This document shows positions 36,901-47,698 of a stretch of 64,000 nt of DNA, piece after piece. Each line of letters starts with the position of its first letter. Position 1 is the first letter of the stretch. This DNA is from Klebsormidium nitens (Eukaryota; Plantae; Klebsormidiophyceae), in contig DF237174.1 in assembly GCA_000708835.1 (NCBI GenBank), positions 62,001 to 126,000 on the forward strand, read 5' to 3'. The translations under genes and the position numbers were made by a program. The notes beneath the pieces were generated by a model. It worked only from the letters and a program-made list of their open reading frames with translations. It was not told the origin of the DNA and did not search any database.

Positions 36901-39588
36901 AAACAGATACGGTTGGAAATGTCAACGTGCAGAGGGTCGAGGATCCGGGGAAAGCGTTCCGAGGCGTTCAGTGTAGGCCAACAGAACTTTGGAATTCCTC
37001 AAAGGTCGAGATTTCTCAAATAGGACTCTGATGTCCCCAACGACGGTTCAAATGTTGTTCAGGGCTCTTGATTAAGCGGCCGTGGCATGGCTCCCACAAA
37101 ACAGAAAGAAGCCCTCCAGCTAAGTCTGGAGGGCTTGGGGTTTGTGGGCTCGCTTGCACGGGGATTGCTGCACCCCCAAGAGGGCTTTCAGAAGATCTCG
37201 AGGTGGAGATTTCAATTGCTGGGGGTTTGAAGCCCGCTGATGGATGTGGCATTCGCTCTTCGAGGCTTTTGCGAAAATCCAGAGTGGACGATGCGCCTTC
37301 GAAGAGAATCAGACTTCACTAACGGTGCTCCGGAAGCTCTACGGCGAGAACTTGAGAAGTTGAAACACACACCGAGGGCCACCTGTCGACACACCAAGCG
37401 CGCGCGGATTGCTTCTCACCAGCTTGTCGACCTCGGTGTCTGACATCACGATCTCGTCATACATTCGGTGCACCTCGTCGCCACCCATGCGGCCCGCCAG
37501 TATGTCAGGAACCGGCTCCAGCTCCGTGCCCTTCAAATACGACTCCACGCACCTGCGAGACGTCAGCAGCGGTCTTAGCGGTGTCTCGCCAGAGATTGGC
37601 TGTGACTTTTTCCAATCAGGTAAGGGATTGCGACTTTCGAACTGCGGCTGACGTAAGCGCAACACGTCTCGGAAGACGATGGCGGTTGAAGGCGTGGGTT
37701 TCGAAGAGCGGTCCATCATACCCGGCAAGGCGCCGAATTGACGTGCAGCTCGTGCCTGAGTAAGTGCGAACGAACTACACCAACGGCACGTGATGACGGA
37801 ATGGTTAGGAAAACGACACCACTCAGCTTCAAGTTCGTTATACTACTTTGAAAGCACTGCTATCCTTTTGATTATTCTTTTTCGAGATCCTTCCCCGCTT
37901 TTGGACACGTTAACGAAGACTGAGCCACACGAGACATTTTTTAAATGGTTCGAAGTCAAAATCGAACCCTTCCAGGTAAAACACTCTTAGAAACGTCAAG
38001 ACCGGAAGTTTTGCACCCTAACCAGCCTGCAGAGACCCAACTGAAACTCCAAAGCTCAAGAATGCAGGCTGCTACTGTCCATAGCGTCAAAATCCCCGTA
38101 TATATAAGCCGCGGAAGATGCATAGGAGATGGTCGACTCACTGTTCAAGAATGTCCGCCGCAGTTTTGAAGTTCTTCGTCACCAGCTTGTGCAGAGTGTT
38201 TCCGGCGTACTTGGGCTTAACCAGCAAGTTAACAAACGCGGCCACCAGAAAACCCAGGACGATCATTAGAAAGCGCGCGACGGGCATCTTGAGCTTCTCT
38301 TGTTTCTTGTAGCCGCTCAGGATGAGCAGGTGCGCTGTGATCGTGGCCTGCAAGAGGGAAGACGGGCGGTCAAACGTCAGCAACGTTTTTGTGACCCTCT
38401 GTGACTTGTTGCCTGGAAGCCACCACGTATCAGTAAGGCCTTGTTCAAAGAGGACCTCACAGTGTTGGTCAGTGCAGTTCAGAGTGAAGAACCAAGATAC
38501 CATCCTATCAATCGATGTCGGCAACAAAGAAATGCGTTTGGGCCTGCCATACTGTTCGCGACTGATTTCGTCTGGCGCCAATGGTACCGGAATCAGTTAG
38601 GAATATGAGCTCGACGTCGGAACTTCCGAGGACAGTCTCTAATGACTCGAGGAAGTTGCCTTCTTTATAGCCACAAAGCCTCTCTCTCTCACATGAAACA
38701 AACACTTCTCTAAGGTACAAAACGAGGACGGATACCCGATCAACGAGGAACTTCTGAAAAGCATGACAGTCCTGTCTCGTCCATTGCCTTGCACCTTTCA
38801 CTTTCATGCGACGCAGAACACCAGACACTTTTAGAAGCACGGGAACACAGCGTCTCCCTCACCATGGATAGCGCGTAATTCCAATGCTCCTTGAGCGACG
38901 ACCCGAAGCGCAGAAACACCGGCACCCACGTCACGACAAAGATGCTCAAAAGTACGAAGTAGAAGTGGAAGGGCCCCATCAGCGGCCCCACGTGGTTCAC
39001 AAACACCGCGAGAGCCCCCGCCAAAAACGTCCCCGTGACGCGGTTTAGTCCCTTGGATAGCGACGCACCTATATTGGCCTCGTAGACGAGCGCAATAGTG
39101 ATTACAGCCCAGAGAGCGAGGCCCTTGATCTCGGGGTAATCCTCTTCAAACATGACGAGGACCGACATGAGGCAGCAGCTGACGCCGACCTTGCACGCGA
39201 GAATCGCAGTCGAGGGATCCCCCTTGACTCTCAAATACGCGGTTATTGGAAACTGGACGAGTTGCGTAAACCACGCGGCTAACCCCGCCGTAACCCGCTG
39301 GTCAAGTCTCCGGTAGCTCCGATGCAGTGATTGGGTGGATGCGAGGTGGCCTGTCTCTTCGTCGATCTGGGGAGTAACCACACGGCCATTTGGGGTTTTT
39401 GGTTCCTCCTCTGATTCGCTGATGTCAGCGGGGTCAAGACCCGCGGAGGAGGGCCAGCAGCGGTACTTTCTGCGCGCCGAGCGGCCTGGGATGCTTTGGG
39501 GACCAGTGAGCGAGGAGTCTCGACTAAGGTGGGGGCCTAGGAGCGGCTGGGAGAGGGTGCGCTCGTGGGAAGGGGGTTGAGAAGCCAT
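33966..39588 (-). CDS. ALMT: Aluminium-activated malate transporter (ALMT) anion channel
   Basis: Exons 39588-38863, 38347-38142, 37552-37420, 36536-36336, 34917-~34189, plus a tentative last exon 34069-33966 (otherwise stop at 34180). Motifs KVGVS, WAVITIALVYE..IGASLSKGLNRVTGT, ARFLMIVLG, WEPCHGRF..YPW, LDGCLRAEIQAP, FSSLLIELVAGL..VDMLSKQARF. Confidence 0.9.
35735..36335 (-). repeat. Intronic tandem array (at least 9 units, ~60-75 bp) of ALMT exon-4 3' end + donor site
   Basis: Decayed copies of GTGCTGCGTGACATCTTCGCCAACGAGATGCGCGAGCTCGGGCAAGAG|GTGAG; GT retained at 36264, 36192, 36056, 35984, 35926, 35795 (minus strand). Confidence 0.9.
36537..37200 (-). repeat. Two intronic copies of ALMT exon-4 acceptor + 5' end (WEP motif)
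   Basis: CCCCAG|ATGAACTTCGTGTCGTGGGAGCCATGCCACGGCCGC at ~36735-36698 and TGTGGGAGCCATGCCACGGCCGC at ~37098-37076; the upstream intronic tgcac(a/g)ggg..ttgctg motif is repeated with each unit. Confidence 0.88.
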
Positions 39589-40688
39589 GCCTGTTTGAGT
39601 GGGGTGGGGGGGCTGGGGGGAGGGTCAGAATGAACAAAGCCAGAAAGTGAGAGAAGTGGGGTTTCAGCAGTGGGGTGTAGCTGCTTCTCAAAGGGTCTGG
39701 GATGTTCAGGTGGTCAGATGCTGTGTTTGTTATACTTGAACGGAGCTGGCCTTGGATGATGTGAGTATTCCTGGCGCCTTGGGGCTCTCAGCAGTCCTTT
39801 GGAATGTGCCCTGCGACAAGGAGAAAAGAGTTCATTGAGCACAGTGCTCATGCTCTGACTATGTGAATTGAGTACTGCCTTCTGGCGGGGGTACTGTAAG
39901 AGGTGGAGGGCACTGTCTGCCACATGTTTCTTCCAAACAAAAGCTTTCTGCAGTTATGAACTTTTACAAACAAAAGCCGCTGATACAAGGTGAAGAGTAC
40001 AAGATCTGAGACCGACCAGATGGACTCTAGCAAGATCAAGTCCCAAGGAACTCTGGCAAGATAGAGACCAAGGACATGTGTTTTAAGACCGCGCATGCAC
40101 AGTTCATTGCAGCATTTACAAGATGTCCAACTTCAATGGCAAGAGACTATACTCGAGTGGGAAAATGGAGAATGGGGAAGTGCCACCACCAGCCTTGAGC
40201 TGCTGTCCCGCTACCGTGGGCTAGGACAAATAAGAAGCTCACCTCGTGAAAGGCATTACGCCGTCAATGCTAGCTTGCACATTGCATTTCCTTCCTCCTG
40301 CATGCGTCTGAAATGCTGCATATATTTTCTGAGGGACAGAAGTGCTCGAATGCAAGTCGACTGTTGAAGAGCTGCATTTTCCTTCGGAAGAGCTGCATTC
40401 AAGGTAATACAAGGGTTACACGGGTAAAACATTTCAGTTTGAGTGCACTGGAGTGCGATGAGCGGCGTCGAAGCTGATGCCTACAAATGATAAATATTAC
40501 TATTAGACAATTCCCTGGATTGAAGTGGCATCTGCCATCTCCTTTCAACAGCATTGCTCAGCAGTCGGAATTTGCTGGAGACACTGGCGCCACTGGCACT
40601 GGCACCAACGTACTTGGCGCCAGAAGGAAGCTCTTTGGTCTTCAGCTTTCAGGGGATACTTGTGGAGAGCAACCTTCCACATAGCGCA

Positions 40689-43600
40689 ATGGCGTGCCGC
40701 AGGGCTACACATGCTGGGAGCTGGTACACGGATGATCGTAAGCTCCCCGCTGCAGAAGCAGTGTCAGCTCCCCTTGAGTTTCTTGATGACTGGGTTGAGA
40801 AGCGGCTGAACTCAAAACTCAACAACTGCCAAGCCTTCCTTTTCTCTATACATGTTGAAATGACAACTGAAGGGCAAACCGCACATTGTGTCAATGAATA
40901 AGAATTAGTAAAAGTTAATTAGTCGCCTGCAATTGCACGCTCATGCTACAGCTGATGGCAGTTCAAAGAGATGCTTGTGATTGTGTCAGTATTGCAGATT
41001 GGGACTTTCTTGTTCAAGAGACAACTCTTGACCATGGATGCATTCTTCCACACTGAGAGTGCCATTTGTGTTCGTATTGATCATTGAAAGACGGTGGTCT
41101 GAGGTGTAGTGGTCACCCTCACTTTATTGGCACCTGAGTGCAAATGTCTTAGGATACACTCTGGAGAGTGCAGAGAGGACCCTCAGTGGTGCTAGATTGG
41201 TCAATCCCTCCTCAAGAGACACCTCCAAAGCAGGATGATTTGTTTCCCACTCAGAATGCCCTTTGTACGTGTTGATGATTGGAAGTCGGTGGTCTGTTTG
41301 AAGTTCTTGCCTTCACTTAGTCGGCCTCTGAGTGCAAATGTTTTAGAATTCACTCCGGAGAGAACCTGAGAGGGACCTGAGAGCACCCCTGATTACTCTC
41401 GAAGTTCCAAACAAACATATGTTCCTGCAGCGGACGAACTGTCTGCGGAGTTGGACGCTTGGCTTGAGGAGGCGGCAGCAAAGGTTCCACGGAGCAATCC
41501 AGAACATGCCAGAGCCATCATAGCACCGTGAGTGACGTCAGCCACCTCGCTTTAACTGCCATCAACCAAGACTGGTACTTCTCTACAGCATAGAAAGTCC
41601 AAACTTAGATTGTATTATTCAGAATGATAATGGGCAATTGCCCTGCCAAGAATGGGGATGGCCCTCAAATATTGTCTAGTTCTGGGTTGACTGCAGATCT
41701 CTGATGGCTGTCGCTACATCGGCTGCCCCGTTGAAGTTGAGAGTGTATTAGTAGCTTCTTTGACTCTACAAGGGTCGGAGTTGAAACATTCTGGGGTCAT
41801 CTTCAGGTCACTAGAATGAAACCCCCAAAATCAGACCTCGATGTATCCTCCAGCTCTTAGGAGGTCGCATCTATACCCTTTGTCAATGCTTTAAGGTTGT
41901 CGGTTTGTCAGAGCTGTTGCAAAGTCTCTCTATCAAGAGACCATAAATGTTACTCTAGCGAAATTCTTCAACTAAAGTGCTTGAGCGACCCTTGCAGGCA
42001 CGCTGGGTACCGCTACTCAGGAAGGTGTGCAGCATATGCCTTCTCACAGATTGACCCGACCAAAGTGTGAGGTGCCAGTCCTCGTGAGCGTATGCTTGTA
42101 GGGAATACTAATCACTTCTTTCCTGTTCTTTATTCTTTGCTTCCTGTATGTTGGTGTGCCATTGGTTTAGTCAAAAGTCTAATCCGAGTAGGATGTGCAA
42201 CGAGGGGACGGACCATGTCATGAGATCATTAACGAGCAAAGGACTGTACTTTTGTCATGACTCTGGGTGCGCTCGATCACTTACACCCTTTTGCATCATC
42301 CTATGAGTTAATAACCCCAGTTGGGTGCACACGTATTGTTGTGGTTCGAAATCCGGATATGGTGTTGCAAAAGTCGCCGATGTAGAATTCGTACTTTTCT
42401 AACATTGTGCCCTTTCTTTTCTGGGGGTCAGGAAGCGAATCTTCCTCCTCGGCCCCTCGCATCACTACTACACACGGCGGTGCGCCCTGTCCAATCTTGC
42501 TGCGTACAGGACACCGTTAGGCGACATCACCATTGATGCCACAAGTAAGGAAGTCAACGTGGAAGATGGGACTCTGGCTCGCTTGCCTCCTATCACTTTT
42601 TAGAATTGCGCAGAAAACGGTGATTTGAATAACGAAATGTTTGCCGTCGTCCTCAAGCTCTGAGCAGAAAAATGTTCAGGGGTTAGGATGGACGGCTTCC
42701 CAATAGGCTTGAACCGATAGTTAGCTGTCAGAGTTTACATCCACCCTTCTTGCACCCAACTGATGCACCTGTTTGCATTCTTTCCGACCAAGCCGTTAAC
42801 CCCGCGACACGTTCCTGCTTGGATGGCAGTCTATGCGGAGCTGCGGGCCACTGGCGAGTTTGAGGAGATGACGTCACAGGTGGACGAAGCGGAGCACAGC
42901 ATGGAGATGCACCTGCCGTACATCTATAAAGTGTTTGCGGGGTGGGGGCTCGGTCGACTTTTACCTCGAACAACGCTGACGATGATCGGAACGTTCGAAC
43001 GAGCCTGAGGCATCGCTTGTCCATGCCTTTGACTTGAAATGGGTCGTATTCAGCTGAGAAGACTGGAAGGCCTACAATTGTCACGGGCCGATATAAGGGT
43101 TGTGTTCTCAACCAGCACCAAAAGCTATCGAGTCAACTCTTTCGTTCGTGCCGAATATGATGACTGTCTACTTTAGTCTTTAACCTCGAGCAAAACCCCT
43201 TTCTATGTGATAAAGCAATTAGTCTTTGAGAACTCAATACAACGCCCTAAGCGGAGGTATAGCGAGAGAGGATCCAATCATACGAAAAAGTCAATGAGAT
43301 AGAAGTTTTATATGCAAGCTTTTAGCAATCAAGCCAGTAATCAACCAACACTCTAGCGCGCCATCTTCAGAGTCTGCGACTTAGAAACGGCCATTGCTCT
43401 GCATTTCACGAGAACAATACAAAGTCAGATCAAAACCGTTGAAGCCTGACTTTGAGAACGAAAACTGGCTTGCTTCGCGAACATCCTGGAGGCCGAGACC
43501 TGGGCCTACTTCTTCCGATCACATCGGGTTTGACCCGCGCATACGGCTTGAAGTTGACGTTTGAAATTTTCGAAGATGTGCCTATGAGTGGAAGCCTTTG

Positions 43601-46178
43601 AGCAGAGGCTTATACGGGCCGCAGATGATGGGCCTGAAGCAAATAAGCGGGCTCTCCGTTCTGGATTTGTCGCACATCTGGCAACAAGAGTTCAAGTTCC
43701 GAGATTGTTGGCTGTTCGTATGCGTGACAACGTCAGAGGTTCCGCAGTACGCCCTTCTGCCTTCAATTTGTGCACTTTCAACCGTCGGAAGTCGCGCAGG
43801 ACGCCCTTCTGACTTCCTTTGTGCGCTTTCTTTGCAGGCGACCGTTCACGTTGGTCCCCATTCTAGTTGGCTCCATCTCTGCGGACACGGAAGAGCGATA
43901 CGGGCGGCTGCTGTCGAGATACTTTGACGACCCGCAAAACTTCTTTTGCATCTCGTCGGACTTTTGCCACTGGGGGCAGAGGTGAGATGACGGGTCTCAC
44001 GGGTTTGTCGTCCTTTCAAGGTCAGCTAGAGAGTCCCCTGACAATGGTGTTCTAACTTGTTCCGCGCGTGAGCGCTCTTCGGAAGCTTCAGATTTGCGGG
44101 AGCTGCCCGCAAACCTGGCGATAGAATTGGTGCCTGGAATGGCTGCGGAGCTTCGGATGACCGTCTGAGAAGCAGAGTGGGGTCGCATCGTCTTGACAGA
44201 ACTCGAGATGGAATGTAACCGAACGTAAACAGAGGGGAAGCATCAGAGGCTCAGAGGCTCAGAGGCGTGCTTTCCTCCCTCGCCACACTTACGTCCGCCC
44301 TTGGTTTAGCTCCGCGCCGGTTTTCAGTCCATTTCTTTCCTTTGTCTTTTGTTTCCCGCCTTGTGTCGGTTGCTGGACCCCTTATTTCCAACGGGTGTTG
44401 CGACGACTTAGCAGCGCAACCGGTTTGGCTGTTCAATAACGCGTCGATCGGTTCTTATACATCTCTTGTTCGGTTGCGGGTCCCCATAGAGCTGTACGAA
44501 ACAACGCTTCAACAAAAAACGAGTAACAGGCAGTTGCTTTCCGAGCCAGATTGTGATGCAAGTCTTCGGGCAGTAGCTTTCGGCTCTCGCCGTCGCTAGC
44601 TGTTCGACGTACCTGACTGTTCAAAAACGTGCCTGCTCGATACACTCCCGCTCTTGTACCAATACCGTGTCCCCCACTTTGAGCTATGAGTACCAAGAGA
44701 AAGCTTGGGCCTACTTAGTGTCGTCAGCTTCTTTTGCGCTTCACCTAGCTTCGAAAAAGAGTGGCTTGTTCACCTCATACTTACACTGCATCCACTTTCG
44801 TCACGTTCAGCCACACGTGCTGGGGCGCAGTTGACAACTTACATTGCTTACTTTATCCTCGAAGGAATCAGCTTCACATACTGCGACAACAATCCTGGAC
44901 CCCATCTGCGAACTTACTTCGCAACTGATTCCTTATCCGTTAGGTTCAGCTACACTTATTGAGACAGGAAGCTTGCCCCCAACCAACAACTTACAGTAGA
45001 ATCAACCCACTCTCGTCAGGTTTAGCTACACGTATTGAAACGGGAAGCTTGCTCCCAACTAACAACTTACATCAGAATCGACTCATTCTCGCCATGTTTA
45101 GCTACGGTCACTACGACAAAAGTTTTGGGCCCCATCTACGAACTCACTTCGCAACTGGTCTGTACTTGCCAGGTTTAGCTACACGTACTACGATAAGAAG
45201 CTGGGTCCGATTTACAAGTCGATCGAGGCCCTCGACCGGGACGGGATGGACGTCATCGAAACGGGCGACCCCGCGAGCTTCACCGCCTACTTGCAACAGT
45301 ACGAGAACACCATCTGCGGTCGCCACCCGATCGGCGTGCTGCTCCATGTAAGCGCGCCGCTCCCCTCTGATTTTTAATTAGCCAGCGCCCCCGGTTGACT
45401 GCAACCACAGTTACGCTTTTCCCGACAATTGTTCATAGAGGATTTTGTTTGTTAGTTAGCGTATGCATTCACTTTCTTGTCTTACTTCGCGTCAACGAGC
45501 TTTACATCAAGGTCTAGCAGCTGCTCAGTCCAACTGATGCCGAGAGCTCCGAGAGCGGTGAGCTATGGCGTCAACCGTTAAGAGCAAAATTGGCGGGATC
45601 GAGTATCGAGCCAGTCGTCTGCTTTGTTGGGGCGAACTTCATTCAGGATTTGACAATTCGGGAGATTTGATACGAAGGATGTGTTTTCGTACGAGACATT
45701 TGACGCGTCTTCCTGCAAGGGGCAACCAAAAAAAGTGCTCGATTTTCAATGTGACTTCCAGTATATTGCGACTTCCTCTTGAATGTCCCGGTGCGGAAGT
45801 CCCCTTGTCTATCTCCCTTGAGATGCGCTACGGCAATTCTCCTGCAATTCTCTTGTTTCCATGTCGTGCGTCTGCCCCACAGAGCGGGGCTGGCGTCATC
45901 TGAAATGCAGTTTCTGGCCAAGTTCAGCCACGCAAAGAGGTTATCTGACCCATCACGTCAGTGGCTCTCCGGCGACTGTATTCAGAACGCAAGTGACGGT
46001 AGGTTCTGATTAGTGGTTTACTCTACCCCTGCAGGCACTACAGCACAGTCGAACGAAGATGCAGATCCGCTTCACACAGTACGAGCAGTCAAGCCGGTGC
46101 AAAACCATGCGAGACAGCAGTGTAAGCTATGCCTCCGCGGTAGCCGTTCCGTCAAACTTGGGCAAGCCGACTGCATGA
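40689..46178 (+). CDS. MEMO1: MEMO1 family protein (AmmeMemoRadiSam system protein B)
   Basis: Exons 40689-40737, 41431-41527, 41998-42066, 42432-42544, 42830-42941, 43838-43981, 45173-45347, 46035-46178. Motifs [77 protein letters not shown]. Confidence 0.95.
41005..41390. repeat. ~195-bp diverged tandem duplication inside MEMO1 intron 1
   Basis: ggtggtctg...cac(t)t...ctgagtgcaaatgt(c/t)ttag..(a)cactc(t/c)ggagag at ~41092-41168 and ~41289-41361. Confidence 0.75.
44800..45172 (+). repeat. Intronic tandem array (5 units, mostly ~77 bp) of MEMO1 exon-7 acceptor + 5' end
   Basis: Copies of AG|GTTTAGCTACACGTAC start at 44805, 44865, 44944, 45020 and 45096; the real exon starts at 45173. Confidence 0.88.
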
Positions 46179-47698
46179 TTATATACAAATTATGTGGAAT
46201 CTCTAGGATGACGCAGCTAGATCGCAAAGTGTACATACAGGTCTACTCTTGAGATCAAATAGGGGTTCTGGGAAGCCGATTGGGAACGGGACTGCTGCAA
46301 AAGCGTACCCTGATGGGGACAGCGCGTTGCAACTTGCACAAACAGAAAAGGAGTTGCTTTGTAATTTGGTCAAAGTCTGCTGACAATCATGTAATCTACG
46401 TTCCAGTTTGTTAGACAGCTCTTCGCCCGTATAGAACAGAAATCTGACCCGTTTCTTGGGCTGACAAGTCAACGCGTATAACAGTTGCTCACGCTGCCAA
46501 GAATGATACCCCGCAAGATTGGCGTATACTTTGGAAGGTTGTTGGAAGGTCAAAGTATTACAGGTCGAAGATCGGCTCGAGTCGCGTATGGTAAAAAGTC
46601 TCGTTCACAGTTCCAACGGGTTTTTGCGAACTCATCGATCATCACCGTTGCGTGGCCCTGCCTGGCATGCATTCATCCCAAAGAACCTGCGGCAGATTGG
46701 CATGTGCTTTTTAAATACCATATACGGCAAATTTTAGCCTCTTCACGACCTGCATCGAGTTGTAGGACATTGAAAGAGCTTTACATGTGAGCGTAGTAAA
46801 CGTATCGATCGTCATTTCGTCACGATCATGTACCATTAGGTGCGCCGCCCGTGCCCGGCGACGTGTGCTATAGGCTTCGCCGCGGCTTAGAATGTAGTAA
46901 GCATGTGACACTGACAGCGCTCGTATAAAGGGATCACGTGAGCGGGCCAAACATTGATGCTGCGGCCGCGCGCACAGCAGAGAGGATATGATGGCCGTCC
47001 GTTGAGCTAGTGTCAACGGGATTCCGGGACGAGTTAGAGAGGCATGTTGCCGGACGCAAGCAGCAGTCAGCATGTACAAATTGTGTCTCCTCAGATTGCT
47101 TGGCGGCATGGACAATCACGCACTCAGAAGACATGGATATGAGGCCAGCACATATGGCATCTGGCCGAAAGACAGTGGCAAAGTACATGCTGCCAGCACG
47201 AGTGCAGCCACACCGATACGGTACCTTCCGGCCGGCGGCCGGTCGCCAAGAGAAACGCCATCTGCAACATAGTCAGTCACATCGATACGGCTCAGCTCGT
47301 CGTCTACCGCCTCGCGGCCAGAACCTGCTCTCGTCTCATACGAGACCGTTGAGCACTTCGGCAAGAAGGTCACTCTCGCTGAATCAAGCAAGGAGGAGGG
47401 TTCCTAAAAAACCTCCAGATGGTGCGCAGCCCTTGGAAGCGCACCGCCCGCCGGCCGCCCCGGCCCCGGCCGCGCCCGGGAGGCCTTCCTCGGCAAACCG
47501 CGGCCGCGATCGGAAGCAAAGTAGACGATCCGGGCGGTGCCAGTAGACCCCGGGCAAGCTTTGTGTCCTGTGTTCTCTGCCCGGGTATCGTGAGGTATTG
47601 TTGTCGACGCGTCTGGCCAAAGTTCGTCAGATCAAAAGAGCTGGAAGAGTTCATCAGAGTTACATTCGTTTGTTCAATTGCCGGCGCTTGGAGGAACC

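Noticed and set aside
41095-41170. tRNA/SINE-like start (GGTCTGAGGTGTAGTGGTCACC)
   Set aside because: Resembles an A-box, but there is no GTTCRA T-loop/B-box and no acceptor-stem closure; it lies inside an intronic tandem duplication.
47225-47550. GC-rich, exon-like minus-strand stretch (..LPKCSTVSYETRAGSGREAVDDELSRIDV..) bounded by AG/GT
   Set aside because: No recognisable homology or linkable neighbouring exons; may simply be GC-rich promoter DNA of the unassigned gene.
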